NCBI GenBank assembly: GCA_051294375.1 | Contig: CM119263.1 | Location: 2,787,583 to 2,851,582 of the forward strand | Direction: 5' to 3' | DNA from: Paraspadella gotoi | Taxonomy: Eukaryota > Animalia > Chaetognatha | Length of the DNA stretch: 64,000 nucleotides | In this document: positions 10,611-24,100 of the stretch, piece by piece | Layout of the letters: the number at the start of each line of letters is the position of its first letter | Position numbering within the stretch: position 1 is the stretch's first letter | Program-made: the position numbers and the translations under genes | The notes under the pieces: generated by a model | What the model saw: only the letters and a program-made list of their open reading frames with translations | Told to the model about the DNA's origin: nothing | The model's database searches: none

Positions 10611-13600
10611 ACTATTTTACTATTTTTACAGTAATTTAGTATCTTATTATTTTAGTATGTTTGTTTGTTAATTTGTTAGTATATTCTAAGATTTTAGTTT
10701 CTTTATTTTTTCAATCAAAACTTTTTCCATCTAAATATATGAAAACAAGCAATTGTCTTAAGAAGCAATTGTCTAAACAAACAATTGTCCTAACAAATAA
10801 TGATCAGAACATAAATTTCCAGTTGGCTTCCACGGAGATTCTGGCTTTGGCATTCGGTTCAGCGCAACGTCGAATCTTAATCCCGAGTTGAAGAGACTAA
10901 TTCCCCTTTTTTTGTTTCGTCAAGGGCGATCGCGGAGATTTGAAGATCCACCCACCTACCACTTCTTTGCCACCTCCCTTTGCCACCTCTGCTCCCATTT
11001 GACTTTTCCACCTCCCACCCAGAACGTTTCGCCTTTCAATTCGAACGATGTGTTTACATTTTACATTTTCATCTACCCACAGTTCCACAGTCCACATTCT
11101 AAATTGTACACCTACCATGCTATGCACCTTAGTCGCAACTCCACAAAGCACTCCTAAGGTTAACAATCCCACGACAAACCACCGCCACGCCCACAACAAC
11201 GCCCCACAACCCCCAACGCCCTCTGCCATCTCGCCACAAAATGGCGGGGCTTCTGTTTGGGTCACGCGGCGGCGCCATCAGTCAAACGCCGCCGACGGCG
11301 AACGGCGGCGCTGATTTCCTGGGAGCGTCCCGGGCGAGGAAATGTGTTTTTGATTTGCGGTTGGTGGTCTGTTGTGGTGGTTGGGGTGGTGGTTGGGGAG
11401 TGGTGGTGGTTGTGGGGCGCTGTGGTGGATTGGGGGGTTGTATTGGTCTGATGTTATTTGGGCGCTGGTGGTGATGGAGGGGGGTCATATTTCATGGATG
11501 GAGGCGATTTCTGGTAACTGAACAAGGTGTAGAAGATTCCTTGGGGGGGGGGTTTCAGTTTCAGCAGTGCTTAATCTCGACTTAATATCAAATCAATCCA
11601 TATATTCAAAAGATAAAAATAAAATAATAACTTTATTAAGTATTCAATATCCAATAATCATTGAAAGACGTGCATCAGAATGACAGCCAAAATGCAGCAG
11701 CAGCAGTGCCGATACGCAGCAAGAGTAGCAGCAGAGCCGAGACGCAGCAACAGCTCAAAGCTACATAAAAGCTTAAAATTAATTAACATATTCAAGTAAT
11801 TTCACAAATATCATTTAATACCTGATGGTCTCAGAAGAATCTCCCAAAAATTAAGAATTTACTCTTTTATATACAAGGACACAATTATTACAAACAATGA
11901 GAGGAGAATTCACATTTTAAGAATAAGATCAAAACATCTACTTTAAATTCAGATATTTGAGCCATTAAAAAATAAAAGGTCAGGGCTCAATTCAGATAAA
12001 AATCATTATAAACTCTTTAACACAAGGTAAGAGGGTTTGTTACTGATCGAGGTCAACTGAGGTGTTGTCTTTTGAATTGAGATTGATCAACGCTGTTCGC
12101 TGTTCAAACGGAAGTTGAGGGAAGCGAATTCCTGACCCGGGTAAGTCCTCCTCCTCTTCCTTACTGACCCGGGTAAGTTCTCCTCTCAGCTGGAAATGTT
12201 TGCCAGAAAAACGAGGGACGCAAATCTGTCGCGTAGATTGATATGAAACGTTTCTCATGGATTAGGTTTTTAAAAAGGAAAAAAAATCATATAAGATAGT
12301 ACAATGAAATATAATATTATTTAAGCTTTAGTTTGCTTATCATTCGTGTTTACAAGAGCTTTAAATTGAGTTGAGCGAGAAGTCCAGATAGAGAGGAAAA
12401 ACGATAAAAGACTCGACAGATGAAATAAAACTACAGATGATCATCTGTAAACAAGAAACAGACACATAGAACTGAAAATAAATACGAAAGGCGGTAACAT
12501 TTAAATTGACATACATTTATAATGTATAATATACATTGTAATATATGTATAAAAAAAGCTTTGTTTTATGAAATGACTGTTGTCTGTTCAGTGAAAAGTG
12601 TTCAATCATGACAATCCCAGTTCGGATGAACAGCAATACCTGTTTGGGTTAGAGCATTCCTTGAATTTTCATAGATTAAATAATCAAGACCTTGGATTAA
12701 GCTGACATCTTTTTATTTGAGTACCTTAATTGACAGCGAGGCAGTTGGATATAAAAACTTTGGTAGCAAATGGTCAGCTTAAAGCTAAAAAGAATAGAAA
12801 ATTATTACTTTATTTAAATAAAAATCACAAAATAATCAAACAGTGTTTTTACCTCTTATGGTCCTTGGAACGCCCTAGAATATTACAAAAAATGTCCCTT
12901 TTTATATTAGTAAAGAACCAATCAGAAACTAGAGGTAGCTATCAAATTTAAAATTAACTAATCAGGGACTAGGATTGATGTGCTATAGCATCAATCTTTG
13001 TGCACTAGGACCAATTTTTATAGCTAATTATTTCTTATAACCATTAAGATAGTTGTTGCTAAGTAAGTAGAAACAGAGCAGCATGACGCGTTGCTATGGG
13101 GGAATTTTTAGTAACCAGAATAGGACAATCATCAACTCTGATTGAGAGGCAAAATGAATGTTATTTAAAAATCATTTCTACAATACCCTAAATTGAGGCC
13201 TGATATGAGGTGAGTCATTATCGTCAGAATTGGTCCTGCTTTGACAAAGACTTATCTTAACCCTGTCTTTATATTCCCGACCGTGCCCTACTTTTTCTTT
13301 CTCGAGATTCCCGCACGAAGGAGTATTCAACCGGTAAGAAATTCGAAAGAGAAAACTTGTCGATCAACTTTCGTTGTGGAAGCGAAAAACTGGAACGATA
13401 AAACTTCTCAACTTTTCGATCTCAAAAACTGACGAAATTTTGATCGTTGAGTCACAGGAAAAACGGAACTTGTCAGAAAGTTTCTTTGTCCGTCGCTTCT
13501 TTTATGACATCACTTGTGATAACAAAAAAAGACTCTCTTGCTCTTGGGTCTTTATATTTTTCTTTAAAAACTATTCGTTTTGAAATTGATTTTCCCGATT

Positions 13601-13661
13601 GTCATCAATAAAGTTTCACAAAGTCTCTTTTCACTTCTCACTTCAACTCACTCTCGCCATC

Positions 13662-13870
13662 ATGGCGGACAAAGCGGCGTCGATCATCGGCGTCGTCTTC
13701 TTCCTCATCGTCGGCGTCGTCCTCATCAGTCTCTACGTCTCCCAGTGTCACGTGGGTGACTCCAACTCCATCACCTTCAACATCAAACAGTTGACGCTTC
13801 TCACGAAACCGACGGACACCAACATCTTCGGGATCGATTGGTTCGGGAAACCAAAGGATGAGATCGCCGT
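13662..13870 (+). CDS. Exon 1 of an uncharacterised signal-anchored/secreted 350-aa protein
   Basis: GCCATCATGG start; MADKAASIIGVVFFLIVGVVLISLYV hydrophobic helix; GC-rich codons; donor GT|GTGAGT at 13871 (phase 2). Confidence 0.85.
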
Positions 13871-14036
13871 GTGAGTTGAGACTGGAGGAGACGTTTGTCG
13901 GTCTGTCTGTATCTCGGTCGCTCTGTCTCTCGGTCGCTCTATCTCTCTGTATAGATATTTGTATGGCTTTAAGTGTATGGGCACATAATATTATTTTATT
14001 TGCGATAAACAGATACAAAGAGTTGTGTACATTTAG

Positions 14037-14121
<85 letters not shown>

Positions 14122-14501
14122 GAATATCTGTCGCCGGCTTCTCTCGCGACCGCCATATAAGTAAACGTTTCGGTCAACGTGTCTTTTTGTTTTTCGGTTT
14201 TTCTTACACTTTTCATAATATTTGATAATCTCCGGCAATGTTAATAATTTATAAAAAAAAGGCTTAGTTATATATTTATAATTTAAAATCGAAGTTTTAA
14301 AAATAAACTGATTTTAAAAACGTTTACCAATTACCAGCAAGTCGAGTTTGACATCTTTCAATTTCGGGCTCATACTCGTCGCCTTAGCATCCCCTTAAAA
14401 ATCCTCCCCCCCTCAAAAATCTGAAGCCTGGCTTGGTGCAGCTTTACCGTCTTCCCTTTAATCTCATCTACCTTACCCTCACCTTACCCTCACCCCTCCA
14501 G

Positions 14502-15345
14502 CCACGTCTGGTGCGGCATGTGCGTCTCCACGAGTCCCTACCAAGAAATCGGCGAAGGTCAAACCATCAAATTCGATCATCGAGTCAACAGCTTCTTCAC
14601 CTTCGCCTTGAAATTTCGCCTGGAGGAGAGCGACGGAGGGTTGGAGGGCAGGAACGACCATTCCGACACTTACAAGATCGGCTCTGACGAGATGGACGAG
14701 TTACGGGAACAATTGAAGGACGACGCCAATAAAGTCGAACTCAAATATCACATGACCGTCAAAGGCGGAGACCTTTTCTCGGAAAACAAAATCTTCGGTT
14801 TCATCGCCAAGAATCTCTGCGTCTCGGCCTTCGACTTCGTCATGGGTCCTTGGGCCAAATTGGCCAAAGGCGGCAAAGTCAACGCCGCCCTCAAATTCTT
14901 GGGCAAAGATAAATCGGGAATGGGGAAGAAGCTCTTCGACAAGGACGTCGCCAAATTGTACGAGAGGCTGGGCGACGCTTACGAAGGAGGGAAGGTGAAG
15001 AAGAAGGCGATTTACGAAGCCGTCGCCGCCTATCAGATGAAGGCCGGGCTCAAGGCCGCCGTCAAGAAGCCCATGAAGAGAAACTTGATGGAGTTCGCGA
15101 CGGAGTTGGCGTTGAACGCGACGAAACTCGACGAGGAGATTCGCGTCATCTACGACGAGATGTTGATGGAGGGATTGCAGGAGACGGCGACGGAGGAAGA
15201 GTACGACGTGGCCAAGTCGGTCGTCGCGCAATGGGGGGACGTCATGCAGAGAGTGACGGACTCGCTCGAGTTTTGTCTGGATGAGATCAAACCGAGATCG
15301 GAAGATGCCAAGTATTATTTGGAGATGGAGGCCGTCAGGGAATGA
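14502..15345 (+). CDS. Exon 2 of the same protein (C2-like beta region, then Lys-rich and acidic helical region)
   Basis: Pyrimidine tract and acceptor CCCCTCCAG| at 14501; phase-compatible join (..EIA-V-HVWCGMCVS..); the 209+844 nt total gives 350 aa plus stop; AT-rich 3' UTR follows. Confidence 0.85.
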
Positions 15346-16232
15346 TGCTTTTCCAATTTTGTAGAGTTTTTTTTTTTTACATCTTTTCAAGTGGTAATAA
15401 TGTTTTTATTTAGTGGATTATTACTTTTTTCTTTTATTTTCGCATTGGTTATACCGACACAAGTTTATTAGGCTTCTTTCGTTAGTTAAATTTTTTTCAA
15501 ATTCGGAATTAAATGAGCCGAATTGTAAGATTATACAATTAATGATTTTTTTTGTTCAACTCAATTCATTTTATTTTTATTCTTTGGCTTTTTGATATAA
15601 AAATATTTCGTCGTCGTTTTCTACTGTTATGAATATTAAAGATTATGTTATTGAAAGAAATTTTTAAATCTTTCTCAAAAAATCTGCAAAAGACGATGTG
15701 AGAAAATATTTAGATTTCTGAAACACAATTTGCAAAAAAGAGCAATGTTTGATGCGTCGGCTGGCGGTTGAACTGGCTATAAAATAATGAAGGGATTCCT
15801 AAATCTCGAAGAGTAATAATAATTGTAATAAATTGTAATAAATTGTTATAAATTGGTGGCAAAATCCTTGGATTCCGTAAAAGCTACGGTTCCATACGGC
15901 CGATCTTTTAATGAGAAACTATTATGATCGAATGACGAGGTTTTCGGCTGGAAGAAAGCAACGAGAAAACTATTAGACAGTGAAAATACTGGTCAGAAAA
16001 TGTCAACTTAGATGATCGTTAAATACTGAAGAAAATATTTTTCCATAATCCAATCTACCTTAAAACGATAATGAGTGAAAAAGACGCATAAGAGCGAAAA
16101 TATTAAAGGTATTACTAGAATATCTCTTCTGCCCACACGTCTGGTTCGAACGCGGAATCGGAAAAAAGATGATGTATGCACGAAGACAGTCTTCATCGGA
16201 AAATAATAATCCGAAAAAAAAGAGAGAGGAGA

Positions 16233-16280
<48 letters not shown>

Positions 16281-16965
16281 TAACGAAGGAAACGAGCAAA
16301 AGGAAAAGAAGAAAAGGTTATAAAACCTGGAATGAATTCCCACTCATAAAAATAGGAAGAGTAAAAAAACAGAAGAAAGGTGAGTCTGAGAGGAAGATGC
16401 CTATCTCTTTATCTTTCTGTCCTTCTTTTCTATTTTCTTTCTATCTTATCTTTCTTTCTTTTCTCTTCCTAACGTTTATTTCGGGAAACCGTTTCTGCGG
16501 AGAAAATCGAGGACGTTTAGGAAAGAAAGAAATAATAGAAGGAAAGAAAAGAAAAAGGAAAGAAAAGAAAAGAAAGAAAAGAGAGATCAGAAGACAAGAA
16601 GGAAAGAAAATGGAAAGAAAAGAAAAGAAAAAAAGAAGAAGTGAAGGAAAGAAAAGAAAATTGAATTAAATGAAAGAAGACTATAAACGAGAGAAAGAAA
16701 AAAAAAAAGAAAAAGGAAAGAAAAGAGGAGAATCACAAACAAAGACAAAACTATAATGAGAACATAAACACAAACAAACAAACATAATCAACTCAATAAA
16801 CTAAAAATTTAAACATATCTATTTTTTTTCTTTCCTTCTTTTTTTTCGCCTCATTTCATTTTTCCAATAGAAGCAATAAATGAACTTTTAAATCGAGAAA
16901 TCCACGAACTTACCTCATAAAGAAGGTTCACGCTCGAACAAGCCTTTTTCATTGAAGCCAGCGCA

Positions 16966-17016
<51 letters not shown>

Positions 17017-17304
17017 CTCCTGAAATGATACGTAGAAACATTGATGCAAAATTCATAAATAATTAAAAATTGAATGAGAATCGAAACGATAACTGATTAT
17101 AATAATCATAAGCATGCATAGCAAATGAATTAATTCGAAACAACCATTATAAATTTTACGTCTACTGAGTCTGACGACAATAACTAAAGCAAAAAGAGAT
17201 TCAATGTCGAAGAAAAAGAAAAAAAAGAGAAAAAAAAGAAGAAAGAAGGAAAGAAAAATAACAAAAAGGAAAAGGTGTCAAGCAGATTAACCGCTCTTCC
17301 CTGA

Positions 17305-17405
<101 letters not shown>

Positions 17406-17407
17406 GA

Positions 17408-17441
<34 letters not shown>

Positions 17442-19213
17442 AGTCTACACAGTAATCTCCCTCATTAGCTTCATTAAACCGAATTCCAAGGTTCGTTTCT
17501 TCTTTTGACTTTTTCGTTCACAATCACAACGAAGGCCGAACAGAGTGAGACACAATGAGTGTGAATATCATATTCGTTCACAGATATCGAGTTCGTCAGT
17601 CTCACAGTTCTACTGAGAGATCTGTGACAGTCAATCACGATGTGACTCGGGAAAACGTGAACGAAGGACGAGGAAAAATATTCAAAGGAAACGAGTCACA
17701 CTGAACTCAGGTGGCGCCGCGAGAGAGAAATGACCGATGCCCATAACGACAGGTGATAAGGAGGTGCAAGAGGCGTCGCTCAACGCTTTGCAGATTAGGA
17801 GGTGTCGACGACGACGACGACGACGACGACGACGGGACATTGTCATTAACTGACTGTCGCTTTGAAGATGGCACTGGGTGACAGAGTCTCTCGGGGTAAA
17901 CTAAAGGGAGCGAAGGAGAGAAGGAGAGAGAGAGANNNNNNNNNNNNNNNNNNNNNNNNNGATCTGATTTTAAAGTTTAAAGTGGGCGCGTTTTTTTGTT
18001 TTGTTTTTTTTTTAACATAAGTAATTTATGCAATTCGGTTCAATTTTGGTACAACTAAAGGTGCTAAAGGTGGAAAGACGAAAGCGGACGGGGCAAAGCA
18101 GTGAAGAGGAAAGGCGAAGATGAAGGCGAAGAGGAAAGGTGAAGAGGAAAGGTGGAAGAGGAAGGCGAAGAGGAAAGGCGAAGAGGAAAGGCGAAGTGGA
18201 AAGGGAAGAGGAAAGCGAAGAGGAAAGGCGAAAAGGAAAGGCAAAAGGAAAGGAGAAGATGAAGGCAAAGAGGAAAAGGCGAGGAAGGAAAGGTGAAAGA
18301 TGAAAGGCCGAAAGACGAAAGGCGAAGAGGAAAGGCGAAGAGGAAAGGCGAAGAGGAAAGGCCAAGAGGAAAGGAAAGGGAAAGGCAAGTGAAAAGGAGA
18401 AGAATGAAAGGCGAAAGAGGAAAGGCGAAGAGGAAAGGTGGAAGATGAAAGGCGAAAGAACGAAAGCGAAGAAGAAAGGTGAAGAGGGAAAGGCGAAGAG
18501 GAAAGGCAAAGAGGAAAGGCGAAAAGGAAAGGCGAAAGGAAAGGAGAAAGATGAAAGGAGAGTGATAGGCGAAGAGGAAAGGCGAATGGAAAGGAGAAGA
18601 TGAAAGGCGAAGAGGAAAGGCGAAGAGGAAAGGTGAAGAGGAAAGCGAAAGACGAATGGCAAAGCGACAATTTTGTTGAAACGCGGGTCGCATTTAAAAA
18701 AATATTGAATGAGGCCTATGACAATTAGCGACGAGTTAAGCGAGCGAGTTTAGCGTCGGCCCGAGAGATTTTAATGACTTTTTAAGTCATCAACAAAGAC
18801 ATTATATGTTTTTTTTCTGACGCTTGATTTCCATTCGAATGCCCCATGAAACAAAACACGTCCTTGTTTATGGAAGGTTCGTATTTTTATAAGGGTCCCT
18901 TTTGGTTTTTTTGTCTATTTTTTTTTTGGTATTTTTGTATTGGGCGTCTAGAAAACAAAGAAAGGAACTCTTCTGCGCGATGCAGACACATATTGAATAC
19001 TAAGCAATTTTGTTATATAACAGTTGTTTTTTTTAGTTTCTCGAGCAGGTCAAGTGAATAACGGGAGGGATCATACGACATTATTCTTTCGTCGTCATCG
19101 TCGTCGTCCGTCGTCGTCGTTTTCATTATCGATCAACATTGCCAATGAAGATAAATTATGTCCTGCAGGAACGTAACGTAAAGGCCTATGGACAGGGAGA
19201 GAGAAGAGGAAGT

Positions 19214-19270
<57 letters not shown>

Positions 19271-20598
19271 AGAGAGATGATCGCGGCCCAGTTTGACCAA
19301 AGCCTAAGTCCTCCTTTTCTTCTTCAGCCTCCATTAAATTTCTCTTCGTCACTTTTTCTTCTTCTTTTTCCTATCATAAAAAAGAAAAGACAGGAGAGAA
19401 GAAGGAAAGAAAAAGAAAAGAAAAAGGCAGGAGAGAAGAGGCAAAAAAGAAAAGAAAAAGCAGGAGAGAAAAGGAAAAGAGAAGAGAAGAGAAAAAAGAA
19501 GAGAAAAGACAGGAGAGAAGAAGGAAGAAAAGAAACGAAAAAAGAAAGAAAAGGCAGAAAGAGAAGAAGGAAAGAAAAGAAAAGAAAAAGAAAAGGCCAG
19601 GAGAGAAGAAGGAAAGAAAAGAAAAAAGACAGGAGAGAAGAAGGAAGAAGAAAAGAAGAAGCAGGAAGAAGAAAGGAAAGAAAAGAAAAGAAAAAAAAGG
19701 AAAGAAAAGGCAGAGAGAAGAAGGAAAGAAAAGAAAAGAAAAAAAGGAAAGAAAAAAGGTCAGGAGTGAAGAAGGAAAGAGAAGAAAGAAAGAAAAGTCA
19801 GCAGGAGAAGAAGAAGAAGAAAGAAAAGAAAAAAAGGAAAGAAAAGCAGGGAGAAGAAGGAAAGAAAAAGAAAAGAAAAAAAAGGAAGAAAAGGCAGGAG
19901 TGAAGAAGGAAAGAGAAGAAAAGAAAAGAAGAGAAAAGAAGGAGAGAAGAAGGAAAGCGAAGAAAAAAAAAGGAAAGAAAAGGGCAGGAGAGAAGAAAGA
20001 AAGAGAAGAGAAGGAGAACAAGGAAAAAGAATTACCATAGACAGACCGAACTCAAAAATCTTCCATGAAAAAGCCGAGTGTGAGAATTGTTTGACTTTTC
20101 TGCAAACGCTCCCTGCGCGGATGAGCGTCTTCAAGTTTCACCCGATGCGAAGCGTCTAACGTAAAGTTGCAAGAAAAAGAGAAAACTCCTCAAACCTTAA
20201 GTTGCGCATCGTTTTTACGCACATATTTATAAAAAATTTATAAATGATAAAATATAATTTTAGAAATGGGAAATTCATATGTGTATGTTTAAAAAAATTT
20301 CCGGTCTAAGTTCAAGAGTTATAGCTCCCCAAAGACAAGTGGTCAAAAACATTCGTCATTTGAACGCTTCAAAAACCTTTTTTGAAAGATCTACCTTAAT
20401 TTATGAGCATTAATTTTTTTTTTAAAATTTGTTATAGAAATAAGGATTTTTTGAAAGAAAAAAACATATTTGTAACTTTTAAAAAAATCGTTTAATTATT
20501 CCACGAGCTACAGAGGTTAAAAATATTTTAATTTTTCTTCTGCCTCTGTTCCATTCTGTTTGAGTACTTAGGCCATGGATTAACCGAAATTTTATAGC

Positions 20599-21131
20599 TG
20601 ATGGTGGACTAAAATCCACCAACCGTTCATCCAGCGGCCATTGTGGCCGAGGCAAGAATTCGCCTCACCGCAACCTAAAGGTCATAATTATTGTCTCTTC
20701 ATTGGAGAGCCCGACTGCCGAACAAACAGCACAACAACACTTTTCAGGCGACATGCCTCAACCTGGCGATGCACTTTCGCCAAACAACACATCAGGCGAC
20801 ATGCCTCAGCTTTGGTGAGCACTTTCCACCAAACAACAATTCACTGAAGAGACGCAACAGATTTCTCCTACGGGAGGGGGGATGTATGTGTGGACTAAAA
20901 AATCCCAACCGTTCATGACAGCGGCATATTGGTGCCGGGGCAAGACTATCGCCTCCCAACGACCAAAGGTCAGGTGGGCGGGGTTCTAGGCCGGCCGGTG
21001 GATGGTCCTGGCAGTTAAGAGGGACTTAACCCACCTGTAACACGGTGTTTACAGCCTGATCCGAAGCTCAGGGACTGCTTATTTGAACGGTTCTGTCATT
21101 AACACTTACAATAATTACTTGTCTTTTTCCA
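20599..21131 (+). mobile_element. Duplicate (error-rich) copy of TRIM family 2
   Basis: Colinear with 8434-8944 inside copy B. Confidence 0.8.
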
Positions 21132-24100
21132 ATACCAATAATCTTTTTTCTATCAATATTATTCACGTTATAAGATCTTTCATTTAAAGAATATAACTTA
21201 ATTTATTTTAAATATGTTTTGGGTGTCCTCTTTTTTTTTGCACAGGACTGTATTTATTAAAGTTGAAAAATTCCTTTACAAACTCTTAAAAACGAGTTAA
21301 AAAATAATGATCAAAAAATGGACCGGCCGAAAATTGACTGAGAAAGAGAGAAACGAGGCAAGATATCTTTTACACTGAAGACTGAATCTGTACACGATGA
21401 TGTGACGCAATGAAAGAAACTAAAACAAATTTTAAGCATCGGGAGCGACTGCTGCTGGGCGACGCTGCGCCGCTGATATTGGCGTATGCGACTCTGAAGC
21501 GTCGCTACTGCGCTGGCTGAGACTTTTCTTTGTTTATTTTGTTTTTCGTTTTTGTTTTATTGGCGTAGAAGACAACAATAACGTTCACAAAGTTCAAGAC
21601 GAAAAATAAACAACAACAAAAAAATTTCCTAATTAAGTCAGAAAAGATATTTCTCTGTTTCTGTCTAATTTAAGGAAATAATTACAAGAACAGTTTGTAA
21701 GCCGGAAATCTATTAATCTTAATTCTCCTTAGCTTATTTTTTACAGAAGTAAAACCTAATAACCAACGAAGAAATAAAGGAACAGACCAAAAAAAAAACA
21801 AAAAAAAAAAAGAAACAAGAACAAAGGAACAAAAGAAAATACAAAAGGCGCGAAAAGAAAGAACAAAAGGCTTTCGAAGTAAAAAAAAAGGATGGAAAAA
21901 CGAGAACGTGATTGAAAGCCGACGAAACGAACGACGACGACGACAATGAATAACGACGTAACGACAACGACGACGACAACAACGACGACATCCGACGACT
22001 CCTTCGACTAACGATGTGGGAGGAAACTAAATTAGCGCAAAGTATCGGCGCTCCGATGAACACAATGAAGTGAATACCAGAAGGAGGCGCTTAGGGTCAC
22101 GAGGCCTCTCCTCTCTGCTCTCTCTTCCTCTCTCTCTCTCTCTCTGCCTCTCTCTCTCTCTCTCTCTCTCTGCAAGCGCGTAGGTTTTCTAATCCAAGAA
22201 ACGGCGCTTTTGAGACGTGAGCGCATTTTCCCGATTCTTATTTTCTGTGACATTTTTGTCGTCCTGGGATTCTTTCGCTTCTCCTGCCCCCCGACCCAGA
22301 GACCTTTTCTCGATCTCTCTGACTTTCTGCGAAGTCTCCGTTTAGCGTTTGACGTTCCTAGGATTTCTACGTGGCGGCCCACATTTCTCAAGGAACCGCC
22401 CAAGAGCGCCTGCATCCTCTATCTCTCTTTCAGTCTTTTCCACTGCTTGCATCAGCGAGATAACTTCTCCATCACCAATCACCATTCACCTTTCACTATC
22501 GTCCTCTCATTATTTTCTTCCGTTCTGAGAATCTAAAATGCTATGAGCAAGAAATTGCAAAGTTACGAATTGAGAGAAATCGCTAAGCAACATTGTAGAC
22601 GGAAAACTATCCATTCTCATTACTTAATTTACATAAAGTTTAACTTTATTTTAGTATTTGTATTTTAGTAGTTTTAGGTAGTTTTAGTATTTTATAATTT
22701 TACTATTTTAACTATTTGTATTGTCGAATTCTTTCGTTCGTTGTGGTTTGAGTTAGGAGAAGAAAACGATTTATGCGCCTTTAAATCATATAACCGAATG
22801 GCGCCAACCGCGCTTGCCTAGGCGCGCGGTGCAGCTTGCGCATCGTTTGTGCCAAACAAAATTCGTTTTTTCTCTACTATTTTACCTATTTTTTACAAAG
22901 TAATTTAGTATCTTATTATTTAGCTATGTTTGTTTGTTAATTTGTTAGTATATCTCTAAGATTTAGTTTTTATTTTTTCAATCAAAACTTTTCCAATCTA
23001 TATATGAAAACAAAGCAATTGTTTCTAAAAAGAAAAGCAATTGTCTAAACAACAATTTGTCCTAACAAATAATGATCAGAACATAAATATTTCCAGTTGG
23101 CTTCACGAGATTCTGGCTTGGCATATCGGTTCAGCGCTCGAAACGCTCGAATCTTATATATCCCGAGTTGAAGAGACTAATTCCCCTTTTTTTTGTTTTC
23201 GTCAAGGGCAGATCGCGGAGATTTGAAGATCCCCCACCTACCACTTCTTGCCACCTGTCCCTTTAGCCACCTCTGTCCATTTGATTTTCTCACCTCCCAC
23301 CCAGAACGTTTCGCCTTTCAATTCGAACGATGTGTTTACATTTACATCTTTCATCTACCCAAAAGTTCCACAGTCCACATTCTAAATTGTACACCTACAC
23401 ATGCTATGCACCTTTAGTCGCACTGCCACAAAGCACTCCTAAGGTAACAATCCCACGGACAAACCACCGCCCACACACACAACGCCCACAACCCCCCAAC
23501 GCCTCATTGCCATCTCGCCACAAACATGCGGGGCTTACTGACTTTGCGTCACGCGGCGGCGCCATCAGTCAAACGCCAGCCGACGGCGTAAAACGGCGGC
23601 CTTGAATTTCCTGAGAGCGTCCCGGGGCGAGGAGCGAATGTGTTTTTGATTTGGGTTGGGTTGTGGTGGTTGGGTGGTGGTGGGTAGGGTGTGTGTGGGG
23701 CGGCTGTGGTGGATTGGGGTTGTATTTGGTCTGATGTATTTGGGCGCTGGTGGTGATGGAGGGGGGTCATATTTCATGAATGGAGGGCGATTTCCTGGTA
23801 ACTGAACAAGGTGTAGAAGATTCCTTGGGGGGGGGGGTTCAGTTTACAGCAGTGCTTTAATCTCGACCTTAATATCAAATCAATCCAATATATTCTAAAG
23901 ATAAAATAAATAATACAACTTTATTAAGTATCAATATCCAATAATCATTGAAGACGTGCATCGGAATGACAGCCAAAATGCGCAGCAGCAGTGGCGATAC
24001 GCAGCAAAGAGTAGCAGGCAGAGCCGAGACGCAGCAACAGCTCAAAGTCAATGTTAATCTTTAAATGGAATCTCTCTATTGAAATGTCCGATAAAAAGTT

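Noticed and set aside
9241-11760. GCTGC-rich patches at ~9250-9330 and ~11690-11760 as TIRs of a 2.5-kb element
   Set aside because: The inverted similarity is short and low-complexity, and no TSD or clear termini were found.
12040-12258. 72-aa minus-strand ORF with duplicated CTGACCCGGGTAAGT
   Set aside because: No recognisable motif and no partner exons found; may be an exon but is unsupported.
14701-15390. Antisense ORFs over real exons (also 40962-41399, 57859-58727, 61342-62433)
   Set aside because: Shadows of GC-rich, biased sense-strand codons; splice signals and starts support the plus strand.
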